A DNA stretch of 56,414 bases from positions 62,001 to 118,414 of the forward strand of contig CAUYUJ010000091.1 in the NCBI GenBank assembly GCA_963575745.1, read 5' to 3'. The stretch is from Prorocentrum cordatum (lineage: Eukaryota). A program made the position numbers and the translations under genes. The stretch's first letter is position 1; each line of letters begins with the position of its first letter. The notes under the pieces were generated by a model that did no database searches, had not been told where the DNA came from, and saw nothing but the letters and a program-made list of their open reading frames with translations. Below are positions 39,137 through 49,754 of the stretch, piece by piece.

Positions 39137-39394
39137 TAATGGCAAACAGTAGCATCAGGACCTCGACATCTAAAACCCAGTCGAGGTTGCAAGCGGTCCA
39201 GATAGGCCTATAGGTCTGAAGGGTTATTTTTTTAGCACTCTGGAAGGTCAGGGGAGCAGGGGGGGAGCAGGGGGGACCCTCGCGCCGTCCTCTGCGCCAT
39301 CCAGCGGGCGGGACGTGCTGCCTGCCGCCTGTTGCCGACCTGCGGTCGACAGGGAGGAACAGGAGGGGGCAGTGAATGATGGGGGGGGGCCAAG

Positions 39395-39464
39395 GATCGT
39401 GGAGCACATCGTGTCCGTGAGGGACACTATGTCGCAGCAGTACTTGCTGGAGATTATGATTCAA
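39395..39464 (+). CDS. VPS35: VPS35 exon (last recognisable): (R)IVEHIVSVRDTMSQQYLLEIMIQ
   Basis: Matches VPS35 ILEQVV.C.D..AQ.YL.E.IIQ. Acceptor caAG|G, GT donor at 39465. The expected next exon (VFPDE.HL) was not found in the window. Confidence 0.9.
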
Positions 39465-39485
39465 GTCCCTCCATTAATATGTTTG

Positions 39486-39516
<31 letters not shown>

Positions 39517-39520
39517 TTTT

Positions 39521-39555
<35 letters not shown>

Positions 39556-39561
<6 letters not shown>

Positions 39562-39577
39562 ACCATTTTGGCTCAAG
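39556..39577 (+). other. Relic dinoflagellate spliced leader (DinoSL)
   Basis: TCCGTAACCATTTTGGCTCAAG matches the consensus DCCGTAGCCATTTTGGCTCAAG at 21/22 positions. It is followed by ATG rather than a GT/GC donor and SL intron, so it is not an SL RNA gene. Confidence 0.95.
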
Positions 39578-39747
39578 ATGTCCGATTCCCTCGGGGTCAG
39601 AGTGGAGACCTCTGATCCGAGGACAGCAACCGACAGTTTTCAGCTCCAGGGAAGCGCACCCCCCTGGAGTGCCGAGACTGCCCCTGCCGCGGCGTGCGGC
39701 TACGCGAGTTCTGCCACCAGAGTCTGGAGTTGGGTTCCAGGGTCACG

Positions 39748-41007
39748 ATGGCGGGCGACGGCGCAGGAACGCTGCTGTTCGGGCCCAAGCGGCCACATTG
39801 GGGGTGCTCCCGCTGCGGCACGGCCAACAACTGGGCCTGTCGCCTGCAGTTCCGATGTGGCGCGCGCGCGCCGCAGCGGGTCATCACCAAGGCTAGACAG
39901 GAAGAGAAGAAACTCAGAGCCGCCGACAACCCGAAGGGGCAGCCTCCTTCGCGCAGCGGTGGCAACGGCGGAGGCAGGCTTGATTCGTCACAGCTGGCGC
40001 CATGGGCCTCGTCGAAGCTCGAGAAGGAGTTGGTGGCACTGCGCAAGCATGTCCAGCAGCTCAAGATGGAGAAGGACAAGGACCCTGCCCCACCTCAGGC
40101 AGCCCCCACTTTCGTGTCTGATGCGGCCATGGGGGTTGATGAAGGCTCGGCAGGGGCCAAGGACACGACGGCGACGGCGTTGCAGCGGAGCGCTATTCAG
40201 AACAAGATCGGCCACTACGAGCTGTTCGTCAAGTCCCTCGCCCTCTACGAAGACACTGAAGCTGAGCAGCTACAGACGGCCAAGAAGCAGCTGGAAGTGC
40301 TTCGAGTACAGCTACGTGAGCTACGTCCGCCGTCCACGGCGCACAAGGTCGCAACGCAGAAGTTTGAGCGCTGCCGTACCCAGCTCGATCGCTACCGCAC
40401 CGAGGCTGCTGACCGACGCGAGAAGATCGCTAAGTTACAAGAGGCGTTGGGCACGAAAGAGGCCGCCATCGTCCAGGAGGAGGCTGAGATTGTCCAGCTC
40501 ACCATGGAAGTGCGCACCTGTGCCGAGGCGCTGTCGGAGCAGCGCGGCGAGCCCGTCACGGCGGCGACGAACCCTGCGTCCGCCCCCGTGCTCTCGCCCG
40601 GCTTCTTGCAAGTGGATATGCCCGAGCTTGAAGGCCAGCCTGACCTCAAGCTCTTCTACCAGCAGGTCACCACTGACCCAAGGTTCAGCTCGCTCCAGCA
40701 GGTGCTGGCCAAGCACGTCAAGGTCAGCATGGTGCCGCAGCAGCCGTCTCTTGTTCAGCCTGCTGGTGGCGCTGATGATGATCATGAGCTGGATGACAAG
40801 GCTGATGTCGTTAAGCGCGGAGCCGAGCCCACACTCGGCATGGATGGCGTTCGACAGATGTACGAGGAGTTCAAGAAGGCAGGCGCTGTCACAGGCGAAT
40901 CTGAGGAGCAGCTGGTCGCGCGGTTGCATGAGCTCGTCGATGACATGCACAAGGCCAAGCGTGGCCGCGTCGCCCAGCCAGCCCCTGCAAGCGTGGGGTG
41001 TGCCTAA
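39748..41007 (+). CDS. LINE ORF1 (419 aa from ATG 39748): N-terminal RanBP2-like zinc finger plus long coiled coil
   Basis: WGCSRCGTANNWACRLQFRCG (one Cys apparently replaced by F), heptad-rich E/K/Q/L segments, strong cacgATGG start context, coding-like codon bias, position upstream of EN/RT. Confidence 0.85.
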   Translation: MAGDGAGTLLFGPKRPHWGCSRCGTANNWACRLQFRCGARAPQRVITKARQEEKKLRAADNPKGQPPSRSGGNGGGRLDSSQLAPWASSKLEKELVALRKHVQQLKMEKDKDPAPPQAAPTFVSDAAMGVDEGSAGAKDTTATALQRSAIQNKIGHYELFVKSLALYEDTEAEQLQTAKKQLEVLRVQLRELRPPSTAHKVATQKFERCRTQLDRYRTEAADRREKIAKLQEALGTKEAAIVQEEAEIVQLTMEVRTCAEALSEQRGEPVTAATNPASAPVLSPGFLQVDMPELEGQPDLKLFYQQVTTDPRFSSLQQVLAKHVKVSMVPQQPSLVQPAGGADDDHELDDKADVVKRGAEPTLGMDGVRQMYEEFKKAGAVTGESEEQLVARLHELVDDMHKAKRGRVAQPAPASVGCA

Positions 41008-41089
41008 CCACCAGCCCCGCGTGAGCGGGCTGCGGCTGCGACGAGGTGAGCTCCTACGTGCTGATGCACCGCTGAGCTCCCAGAAGTCG

Positions 41090-44000
41090 CACTTGCTCGA
41101 GACCTTTCATGCCACTCAGGGAAAACCCACTCTGAAGCGACGGCTTGAACGGACGCAGGCGCTGGTGGTGCTAGTTCAGGAGACTGGATATCATGCGCAT
41201 GAAGTTGAGGAGCTTCAATCTTGGGCAGGTGCCCGTGGCTGGCAAGTGATTGCCGTTGCAGGCAGTCCGACCGAAGGCTACCTGCCTTCCGCTGGCGTGG
41301 CGGTCTTCGCTCGCAGCGAGGTCGGGCTGCGCTGGCCTGATGGCCGCAGCTCGTCGATGTTGGTGCCGCAGCGCGCCCAGCACGTCATTGTTGATTTACC
41401 GGGATGGGAGCCCATTCATATCTTCAATATCTATTTGCATACGGCTGGGGGCATCACGGTGCGCAACGCGCGTATCCTGTGCTCCGTAGGCGAAGCCATG
41501 TCTGGCATTCTCGCCCCGTGCATCATCGGCGGCGACTGGAACATGCCTGCCAGTGAGGTGGAGGACTCCACTTTCCCAGCCAACGCGCAGGTCAGCTTGG
41601 TAGTTCCGGCGGCAATCACATGCCGCACTGCCCGCTCGTGTTCCACGATAGATTTCTGCGCGTTGAGTTCTGCAGCGATGCGTTCGCTCAAGTGTGTTTC
41701 AGCAGATGTGGCGTGGCCAATCAAGCCTCATCGACCTGTTCAGTTGCAGCTTGCCATTGATGGGCAGTCTCTGCAGCACCTTGCTTACGGCATGGCGCCT
41801 AAGATCCCTGGCGTGCAGGTTCACGGGCCACACTGCGAAGACTCGTCCTGGGCCACTGAGGCGTCCTATGCTGAGCACGCGGTGGAGTTGGCCAGGCACC
41901 GGCGCGCTGACGGCGCCTGGGGTTTTCTGTCAACAGCTTGGGCCAAGTTTGTAGCGCGCGCAGCTCAGAGGCTTTCGCATGTCACCGCCACAGAGATCAA
42001 GGACTTCAACTCCTTCGCCAGGTGCCCCACGCCAAGGTGGGTGGAGGTCAGCTATGAGGCCAAGGATCCCGAAGGCGTTCAAGCCCGCGCCGAGGGCTGG
42101 CGGTGGCTTCACAATGCTATCACCTACATCATCCAGCTGGGCGAGGGCGCCTCTGTCAGGCCTACTAGTGGCCAGCCAGCTTCGACGGTTTCGTTGGCGA
42201 CAAGAGCAGTTCCATGCCCACAACCTGCAGCTGGTCACGCCGTGGACGTTGAGGACCGCGACCCGTTCGAGGACCTGGCTGCAGATCTGGATGACAGTGA
42301 TACTACTCAGAATGGGAATCGGTCTAACATCGGATCCAGGCCATGCGCCAGCTCCCACCCCCCTGCTGTGTCTTTTGGGCAGGATGGCAGTCTCGGTCCG
42401 ACCCCTGGCGGCGGTGCGGCGCCGTTGCTGGATGCAGCTTGTCTAAACTCGGTGTCCGAAGTGCACAGACAGCGTGATGGCTCCTCCGCCAGCCAGCTGG
42501 CGCGAGAGATCGAGTCTTTCCAGGCGCTGGTCTACGTCGGCCAGGGGCTCAACCACAGGCTCGATGCCACCGTGGAGCAAGCCCGCAGGCTCGCCTCCTA
42601 CGCGCCGCTTCGCATTGACAACCTGCGCGAGCTGCTGGCCGACATTGGGGGGGACTTCCAGGCCGTCAACCAGGAGGCAGGCCGAGACAGCAGCAGTCGC
42701 TGGAAGGCGTGGCGCGACCAAGCTAGTGCTGGCGGTGCTCGTGGCCTCCACCGCGTCACCAAGGTCAAGGATGCGCAGCAGCCGACTGTTCGCGGAGCCC
42801 GAGGTGCCACTGTTCATCCTCATCACGTTGTTCGGGTCATGGAGAAATCCTACATGGAAGTGTGGCATGGATCAGCGCAGGCGCAACGTGCTCGTGTTCC
42901 TGATCGCGCGTCCCTGCCCAGAGCCACGCCTGAGCAGATCAGAATGGCTGCGAAGTCCTTTCCGTCGTCGACTGCCAGCAGCCTGGACGGCATCCACCCG
43001 CGCTGCTTCGCGTTCCTCAGTGATGATGCGCTCAACGTGCTGAGCGCCCTATGGGAGGCTACAGAAGCGCTCGGCTTGCTGCCGAAGCAGTTGCAGTGGA
43101 TCCTCCTCCCCATGCTCCCTAAGCCGACTGGCGGGCACAGGCTGGTTGTGATCTACGCTGCCAGCTACCGCGTCTGGCAGCGCGCCAAACGAGTGCATTC
43201 GGAACCTCTGCAGCAGTTTCTTGATCGCAAGTACTGGGGTGTCTCCACTGGCAGGTCGGCGATCGACAATGCTTGGGTGCCGGCGGCACGGACTGAAGTG
43301 GCCGCGTCTACTCAGATGCACTCTGTCACGCTGGTGGCTGACTATTCGAAGTATTATGAGGAGATTAACCTTGACGAGCTGCAGTTTAAGTTCGACCAGA
43401 TGCAGGCGCCCACTGGTTTCACTAAGCTCATCTTCAATACGTGGCGAGGTCCACGGATCATTAGGTCTCAACGGCACCATGGAGAGTTTCCAGGATTTGC
43501 ACTGCGCGGAGTACCTGCTGGTGATGGTGTTGCTGACATTGCCATCAAAGTTCACGCGCTGGCGGAGTATGACAGGCACGTGTGCCTTCACCCGCTGGCA
43601 TCTTCTTCCAGCTATATTGACGACACGGCGATTGGCCTGCATCACGCCGATCCGCAGCGTGTCATCCAGCTTGCCGTCCAGGCTGGGCGTGATTTTCAGC
43701 AGGTGGCCACGTGGCTTGGATCTCGTATCAATGACAAGTTTGCCATCGTCGCTTCTAGTGCTGCGCTTGGGCGAGAAGTTGCACTTCAGTTAAATGTGAC
43801 TGACGAAGCGGCAGTCAGGCGTGTTGTCTCCTACCTAGGCGTCGACTACTCAGCAGGTCGCGCTCGTCAGGCCCCAGGAGCTCGTGCCAAGCAGAGGGCT
43901 CGCCTGGCTCGGCACAGGAGGCGGATGCGCAAGATATCCAAGTACAAGAAAGCGACTCCTGTGAAGAAGGACCTTCGCCTAGGCAGGATCTACCGCACTG

Positions 44001-46102
44001 GCGCGCGCCCTGCATGCACGTAAGGAGTAGAAGTCAATGGCCTGGCTGATGCAGAGCTTGGTGATCTTCGCCGTGCTTATGGGCGCCAGGTCAAGCCTTA
44101 CCACGGGGGCACGTCGGCCACGGCCAAGCTGGCGCTGGACGGTGACCCCGCCATCCGACAGGCGATCGCGCCAGTCATTCAGTACAGCCGCATGCTGTGG
44201 GAAGCTATTACACGTCCTGAGCGTGCGATTGTATCGCAGGAAGATCTCTTGCTTTGGTGGGACTCTGCTGTTACTTTCTTGGGCCGCCCTTGCAGCTGGG
44301 CTAAGTCACGAGGGCCACTGGAGCGAGCGGCTCTGTGTCTTGAGCGCGTCGGCTGGACCACACACAGCGGCGCCCCCTGGCGTGATCATCTGGATCAAAA
44401 GGGTCGTGTCGACCAGCTTTCACCAGCCGTAGTTGAGGACCTGCTCAGTGCGGCGATGCAGCGGATGCTCGAATGTCAATTTGCTGACAAATGGGAGTTG
44501 CCTGCTGGAGTTCGTGTCACGTTCAACCTCATTCAGGGCGCGGCCCGCGAGCGCTCGGCCAAGTACACCAAGTATCAGAAGTTCCTCATTCGCACCTGCG
44601 CATGCGAAGGAGTGTGGACACGACAGCGGGCACGAGAGCGCGGGTACGACACCAACGGCCTCTGCAGTTGCGGGCAGCCTGATACTGTCCACCACAGGCT
44701 CTACTCCTGCATGCGAGCTGACGTAGTCGCGGCACGTTCTGATAGCGGAGTCAGTCCGACGTTCACCCACGGGGGTCACGAAGCTGACGGGGATCTGCGC
44801 TAAGTCACGGGGGCATTCGCCTACGAGGAGCGTCTGCTGCCACCGCTTGATAGCGGTACGACTGTCCACCTTCTTGATGCTGATGGTCATGAAGCAAATC
44901 GTGAGCCTGAGGCTCTCTGCAACATCATTGCCCCCAGCGTCCCGTCCGTGGAGATTGCAGGTGACTGCTCTTGCAGTGTGCCGCTCCTTGCAGCTGCTCG
45001 CCGCGCTGGCTGGGCTTTGGCACTGCTGGACCCGAGCGGCAACCAGCCGCTCCGAGTGATGTGCGGTGCAGTCCCTGGCTCCCTGCCGCAGCGATCAGCC
45101 ATGGCTGAGCACTTGGCACTGGCATACGTCGGGCAAGTGGTGGACAGGCCGACGGACGTCCTCGCTGACTACATGGCTGCTGTGATTGGGGCCACCAATC
45201 GCCCCGAACAGCAGCTGCGACCTGGTGCGCGATATGGTTGTGTCAAGCTTTTTGGTCAACAGGTGCATGGTTTTCATCACATTCGGTCCGTGTCGCACGT
45301 GAAGGAACATCGCTCTGCTGACCAGTATGCTCAGTTGTCTGAGGTTGATAAGCGTCTCACTGACGCCAATGTTGTTGCTGACGTCTTCGCCAAGCGCGCG
45401 GTCCAGCTGCATGAGCCCGTGCCGCGTGAGCTTGATGAGCAGCTCGAGACTGGGCTGCGCATCGCGAATGGTTTCGTGTCTCTGGCCGCCGCCGTGCTGC
45501 CGCTTTTCGACAGAGAGGAGCGCTGGTCGCGAGCGTCGGTGGCACAGCGCGCTGCACACATTCAGCGCACTCGTTGGCATGACTGGCGCCGCACAGTGAT
45601 AGGCGAGCAATGTAGCAAGTGTTTGTGTTTAGCACATGACACGCATGACAAGCCCCTCTCAGGATGTAGGGGCATGCCCAAGTATCTTGACAGTTTTGTG
45701 CGTACCCCTCTAGGCCGCACACTTGTAGCTGTGAATCAGGGGGGCAAGGCCCCTGCGTGCCCAGGTTGCTGCCGCCCAGTGTATGTGTGTACTAAGTGTG
45801 GTGCCTGGGCTCAGCAGTCCAGGAGGAGCAAATTAAGACGACCTTGCGAGCCCCCCACCAGGAAGGGGCTTGAGGTCCTTGCGAATTTACGTAACGGAGT
45901 TGGCCCCCACAGGGGACTCGCTCGCCAGGTTGACGCCGCCCTCCCAGCTCTTCAGTCTGTGTCTTGTGCTGTGAGGCGTCCCGAGCTTGAGACCACACGC
46001 GTTTCCAGAGCTCCTGTGTCCGAGGGCCCCCCGACCTACGAGTCCAGGATGGCTGCCCTCGCCGAGAGAATTCGTCTGAAAGAGCAGGCTGCCTCAAGGT
46101 AG
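41090..46102 (+). pseudogene. LINE ORF2 (APE endonuclease - RT - CCHC knuckle - RNase H - Cys-rich tail), one frame interrupted by TAA at 44021-44023 and 44801-44803; the same frame is open back to ATG 39578
   Basis: EN: LVQET, IFNIYL, IIGGDWN, TIDF, PHRPV. RT: LPKPTGGHRLV, ADYSKYYEEI, RGVPAGD, SYIDD, YLGV. Knuckle: CSCGQPDTVHHRLYSC. RNase H: GDCS..AGWA, AEHLAL, LADY, HVKEH, NVVADVFAK. Tail: CTKCGAW..LRRPC. Track ORFs 39578-44023, 44192-44803 and 44948-46102 share one frame. Confidence 0.92.
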
Positions 46103-46459
46103 TCTGTTTTCAGGCGTGGCAAAGTCGCCGAAGGTTGTGCATTGTTTTGCACGCGCCAGGGCCCAGAGCTGCTGGCGTGATCAGGTTGAGCCGCCATCCT
46201 CCTCGGAGTTTCAGCATTCAGCATTCAGCATTATCTCTCTATCTCTCTCTCTCTATATATATATATATGTATATATCGGAGGTTGTGGGGTGAGATCGCA
46301 GTGGAACGGATACCCCCAACCGGGAAATCGTTTCGTTTCGTTCGTGTCGTGCGTGCGGGCGAGGCGAAGTTGCGCGGGCGCGCGCGAGGAAAGAACCCGC
46401 CGTTGCTAGGGCGAAGTCAAGACAATTGATTTCCCCCCGCCCGCCCGTCCAGCGGTGGC

Positions 46460-47240
46460 TCGCGGTGTCCCGCGGTGTCCCGTGGTGTCCCATGGTGTCC
46501 GCCGTTGTTAGGACGAATTCAAGACAAAGGATTCTCCCCCGCCCGCCACTCCGTCCGTCCGTCTAGCGGTGGCTCGCGGTGTCCCGCGGTGTCACGTGGT
46601 GTCCCGTGATGTCCCGTTGAGTGAGATCGATATTGAGATCGATACGGGGATCGATATTGAGATCGATATTGAGATCGATGTGGTGCCCCCGGTGCCCCCA
46701 AGTGTCCCGTGGTGTCCCAAAAAGTGAGGTCGATAGTGAGATCGATAGTGAGATCGACAGGTGTCCCGTGGTGTCCCGTGGTGTCCTGTTGAGTGAGATC
46801 GGTAGTGAGATTCATAGTGGGACCGATATTGCGATCGATGTGGTGCCCCGAGGTGTCCCGTTGAATCCCGTTGTGTCCCAAAAAGTGAGATCGATAGTGA
46901 GATCGATAGTGAGATCGACAGGTGTCCCGTTGTGTCCCCGTGGTGTCCCGTGGTGTCCCGTTGAGTGAGATCGATAGCGAGATCGATAGCGAGATTGATG
47001 TGGTGTCCCGAGGTGTCCCGTGGTGTCCCGTGGTGTCCTATGGGTCCCGTTGAGTGAGATCGATAGTGAGATCGATAGTGAGACCGATAGTGAGATCGAG
47101 AGGTGTCCCGCGGTGTCCCGTGGTGTCCCGTGGTGGCCCATGGTGTCCCGTTGAGTGAGATCGATAGTGAGATCGACAAGTGTCCCGTGGTGTCCCGTGG
47201 TGTCCCGTTGAGTGAGATCGGTATTGAGATCGATTGAGTC
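46460..47240. repeat. Compound minisatellite of alternating (GGTGTCCCGT)n and (GAGATCGATAGT)n blocks
   Basis: Directly visible 10-mer and 12-mer blocks forming a higher-order repeat. Confidence 0.9.
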
Positions 47241-47860
47241 AGATGTTGGTTTCCCCCCTCTCCCCCCCACCACAATCTCCTTATCACCCGAAGGGTGGTT
47301 GTGTAGGTGTATGTTTTGCGCTCTTTATCGCTCTTATCTTGCGCTCTGTCTCGCGCTCGCTCTCTCTCTTTCTCTCTATCTTTCTTCTCTCTCCTCTCTC
47401 CCTCGCTTTCTCGACGACGCATGCGGCAAACCAGCGCGCACCCTGCCTTTTTGGGGAAACGCCCATACCGCTAAACTTCTGGGCAACGCCTGGCCAAGCA
47501 GTTGGACTCCGTGCCCCCCCCCCCCCAACCGTTGTGGCCCTTGAGGGGTGCACCCCAGGACCCATGGAGTAGCCGCTGTCGGGGGCGTGCAGCACTCGCA
47601 ATCAGGCTGCAGGTCATAGGAGGAGAGGGAGGAGAAGGAGGACGAGGAGGAGGAGGAGGAGGAAGGCACGAAGGCCTCTTGAGGCCGCCTCGGGGCTTCC
47701 TGGCGGCTCCTTGGGAGTATCTCGGGGGCATCTGAGGGGCCTCTGTGGGGCCTCTTGGGGGCTCCTAGGGGGCCCTGGGGGCCTCTGCGGAACATCTTGG
47801 CCTTCGGAGGCGTGTTTCGTTTCCTTTCCGTTCTCATTCACTGTCTCTTCTCTCTCTCTG

Positions 47861-47909
<49 letters not shown>

Positions 47910-48485
47910 CTTCTCTCTCCTTCGGTAGCAAAGCATCGGAGCCTGGTATACCCTCTTATTTCTTCTTTAGCATCGATTGGCGTCTGAAAGGCGGAGGGAT
48001 AGCCCGATGTAGCGTCGATTTAGCGTCGATCTCGCGTCGACCAGCGTCGATTCGCACGAGACGACAAGATGGTATGGGAGGATCCCATGAGTTGCCACTG
48101 GAGTCTCCTCCTCGTCGGTCCCATACAGTGGGGGGCCATGCCAAGAAACACCCTGCTCGCCTCCAGGGTGCCCTAGGCTTACTGGGTTTCGATGGTTTTG
48201 CGATGGCAAGCGCGACGCTCCCACTCCAGGAACCAAAGGGTGCCCTGGGGTCTCAGGGTTTGGTTCATTGCAAAAAAGTTTCTTGTGGACTGACCTTCAC
48301 TGTATCTTGTCGCCCATCTGTGTGTGGCCGTCTTCCCCATCCCTCCGGGCACCTTCCTCCCAGAGCGGGAGCCACGGCGGGTCCCCCGTCTTGCAGAAGC
48401 GAGCACGTCCCGCGACCATGGGGGAGGAGGGGGAGGAGGGAGGAGGGAGGAAGAGGAGGAGCAGGAGGAGGATGAGGAGGAGGAG

Positions 48486-48521
<36 letters not shown>

Positions 48522-48586
48522 GGGGAGAGGGAGGGGGAGGGAGAGGGGGAGGGGGAGAGGAGGGGGAGGGAGAGGGAGAGGGGGAG

Positions 48587-48618
<32 letters not shown>

Positions 48619-49754
48619 GGAGGAGGAGGAGCAGGAGGAGGAGGAGCCGGAGGAGGAGGTGGGGGTCGCGGGCGAGCGGAAAGTAGCATGATGCCGCAGG
48701 GGGCCCGCCGTAGTCTTCACGCTTCGCGTGCCCCCGCCAGCCCATGCAGAAGCGACGCCATGCAAGCTGCTGTCGCCAGAGGATTGCAGGAGCAGGTAAT
48801 GGAACGTCAGAGAAGGCCAGCTGTAAAACCGCAGCTCGGAATCGTCCTGGGCAGACCTAGGGGTCCATCATACACGGAATCACGAATTCACAGATCGTGC
48901 GATCAGCGCGATCCGTCGGACAGTTTCTCCAGGCTATCTCACGGCCATCTTGGTTCAGCGTTCTCTCTTAGGGCCATCTTGGGAGCCTTTTCTGATGCTC
49001 GTGGGGCCATTTGGGAGGATATCGAACGGCTAACGGGGCGAGCTACAGCTCATTACCCCCGTCGGAGCCCGACAGGTCGCCTCTTGGGGCCCACCTGGGG
49101 CCATCTTGGGACTTCGGAGCCGCCTCGGAGACGTTTATGGGCCCCTCTTGACGCTCCATTGGGAAGCACCGAGGCCACTTTGAGCAGTCCCTGGACCGCA
49201 TTGGGGCATCATGGATGCATTTTGGAGGCCACGTTGAAACAACTTGGGCCAGGTTGCGACATCTGTGAGGCCATCTTGAGGCTCGCGGACCATCCTGGAG
49301 CCATGATGGCCCACACGCCTCCCAAGGATGCCCCCGAGCTGCCAAAACCAAAGAGAATACATGCGTATGTAGGTACAAGTGGCACATGCGCGCCCTGGCT
49401 TAGAAGATACATACTTGCTTTACGTAAGCAGCCCGCCGGCTCGACCTGGCCGCCCGTGCCTGCTTTCCCAACCCGGCCGCTAGGGTCTGCCCGGTCGATA
49501 TGCCCGTCTGGTGTTACCACGTGTTTTCTGCTCCTAGCCCCCCTCCTGCTAATTTCTCTCGTGCTCCATCCTTCTCCTTCCCCCTTTCATCCGACTTCTA
49601 TTCCCTTGTTTTAAGGGCTACACTGAACCCACCTGGCAGGCAAGGAAGATATACCCCCAAAGGGGTACGATCGAACGCGAGGAGGGCGGGCATCGAGGGT
49701 TTGGAAGAAACGGGTTGAGTGGCGCGCGAGCAGAAAGGAACGGCAAGTCTCAAA

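Larger units (their letters stand above)
39556..46232 (+). mobile_element. Apparently full-length non-LTR (LINE-type) retrotransposon with APE endonuclease, RT and RNase H, in a VPS35 intron, sense orientation
   Basis: 5' end is a DinoSL relic, followed by ORF1 and ORF2, a short 3' UTR and a (TTCAGCA)3 tail. (CT)n flanks both sides. Confidence 0.93.

Noticed and set aside
39556..39640. Functional SL RNA gene
   Set aside because: The SL is followed by ATG and retrotransposon sequence, not by a splice donor and short SL intron. It also carries a mismatch to consensus.
44021..44803. Alternative genetic code or stop readthrough in ORF2
   Set aside because: ORF1 ends in TAA and ORF2 in TAG at sensible positions, and other motif residues also look decayed. 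Ordinary nonsense mutation suffices.
46210..46232. Telomeric repeat
   Set aside because: TTCAGCA does not match the TTTAGGG-type repeat. There are only three units and they sit at the LINE 3' end.
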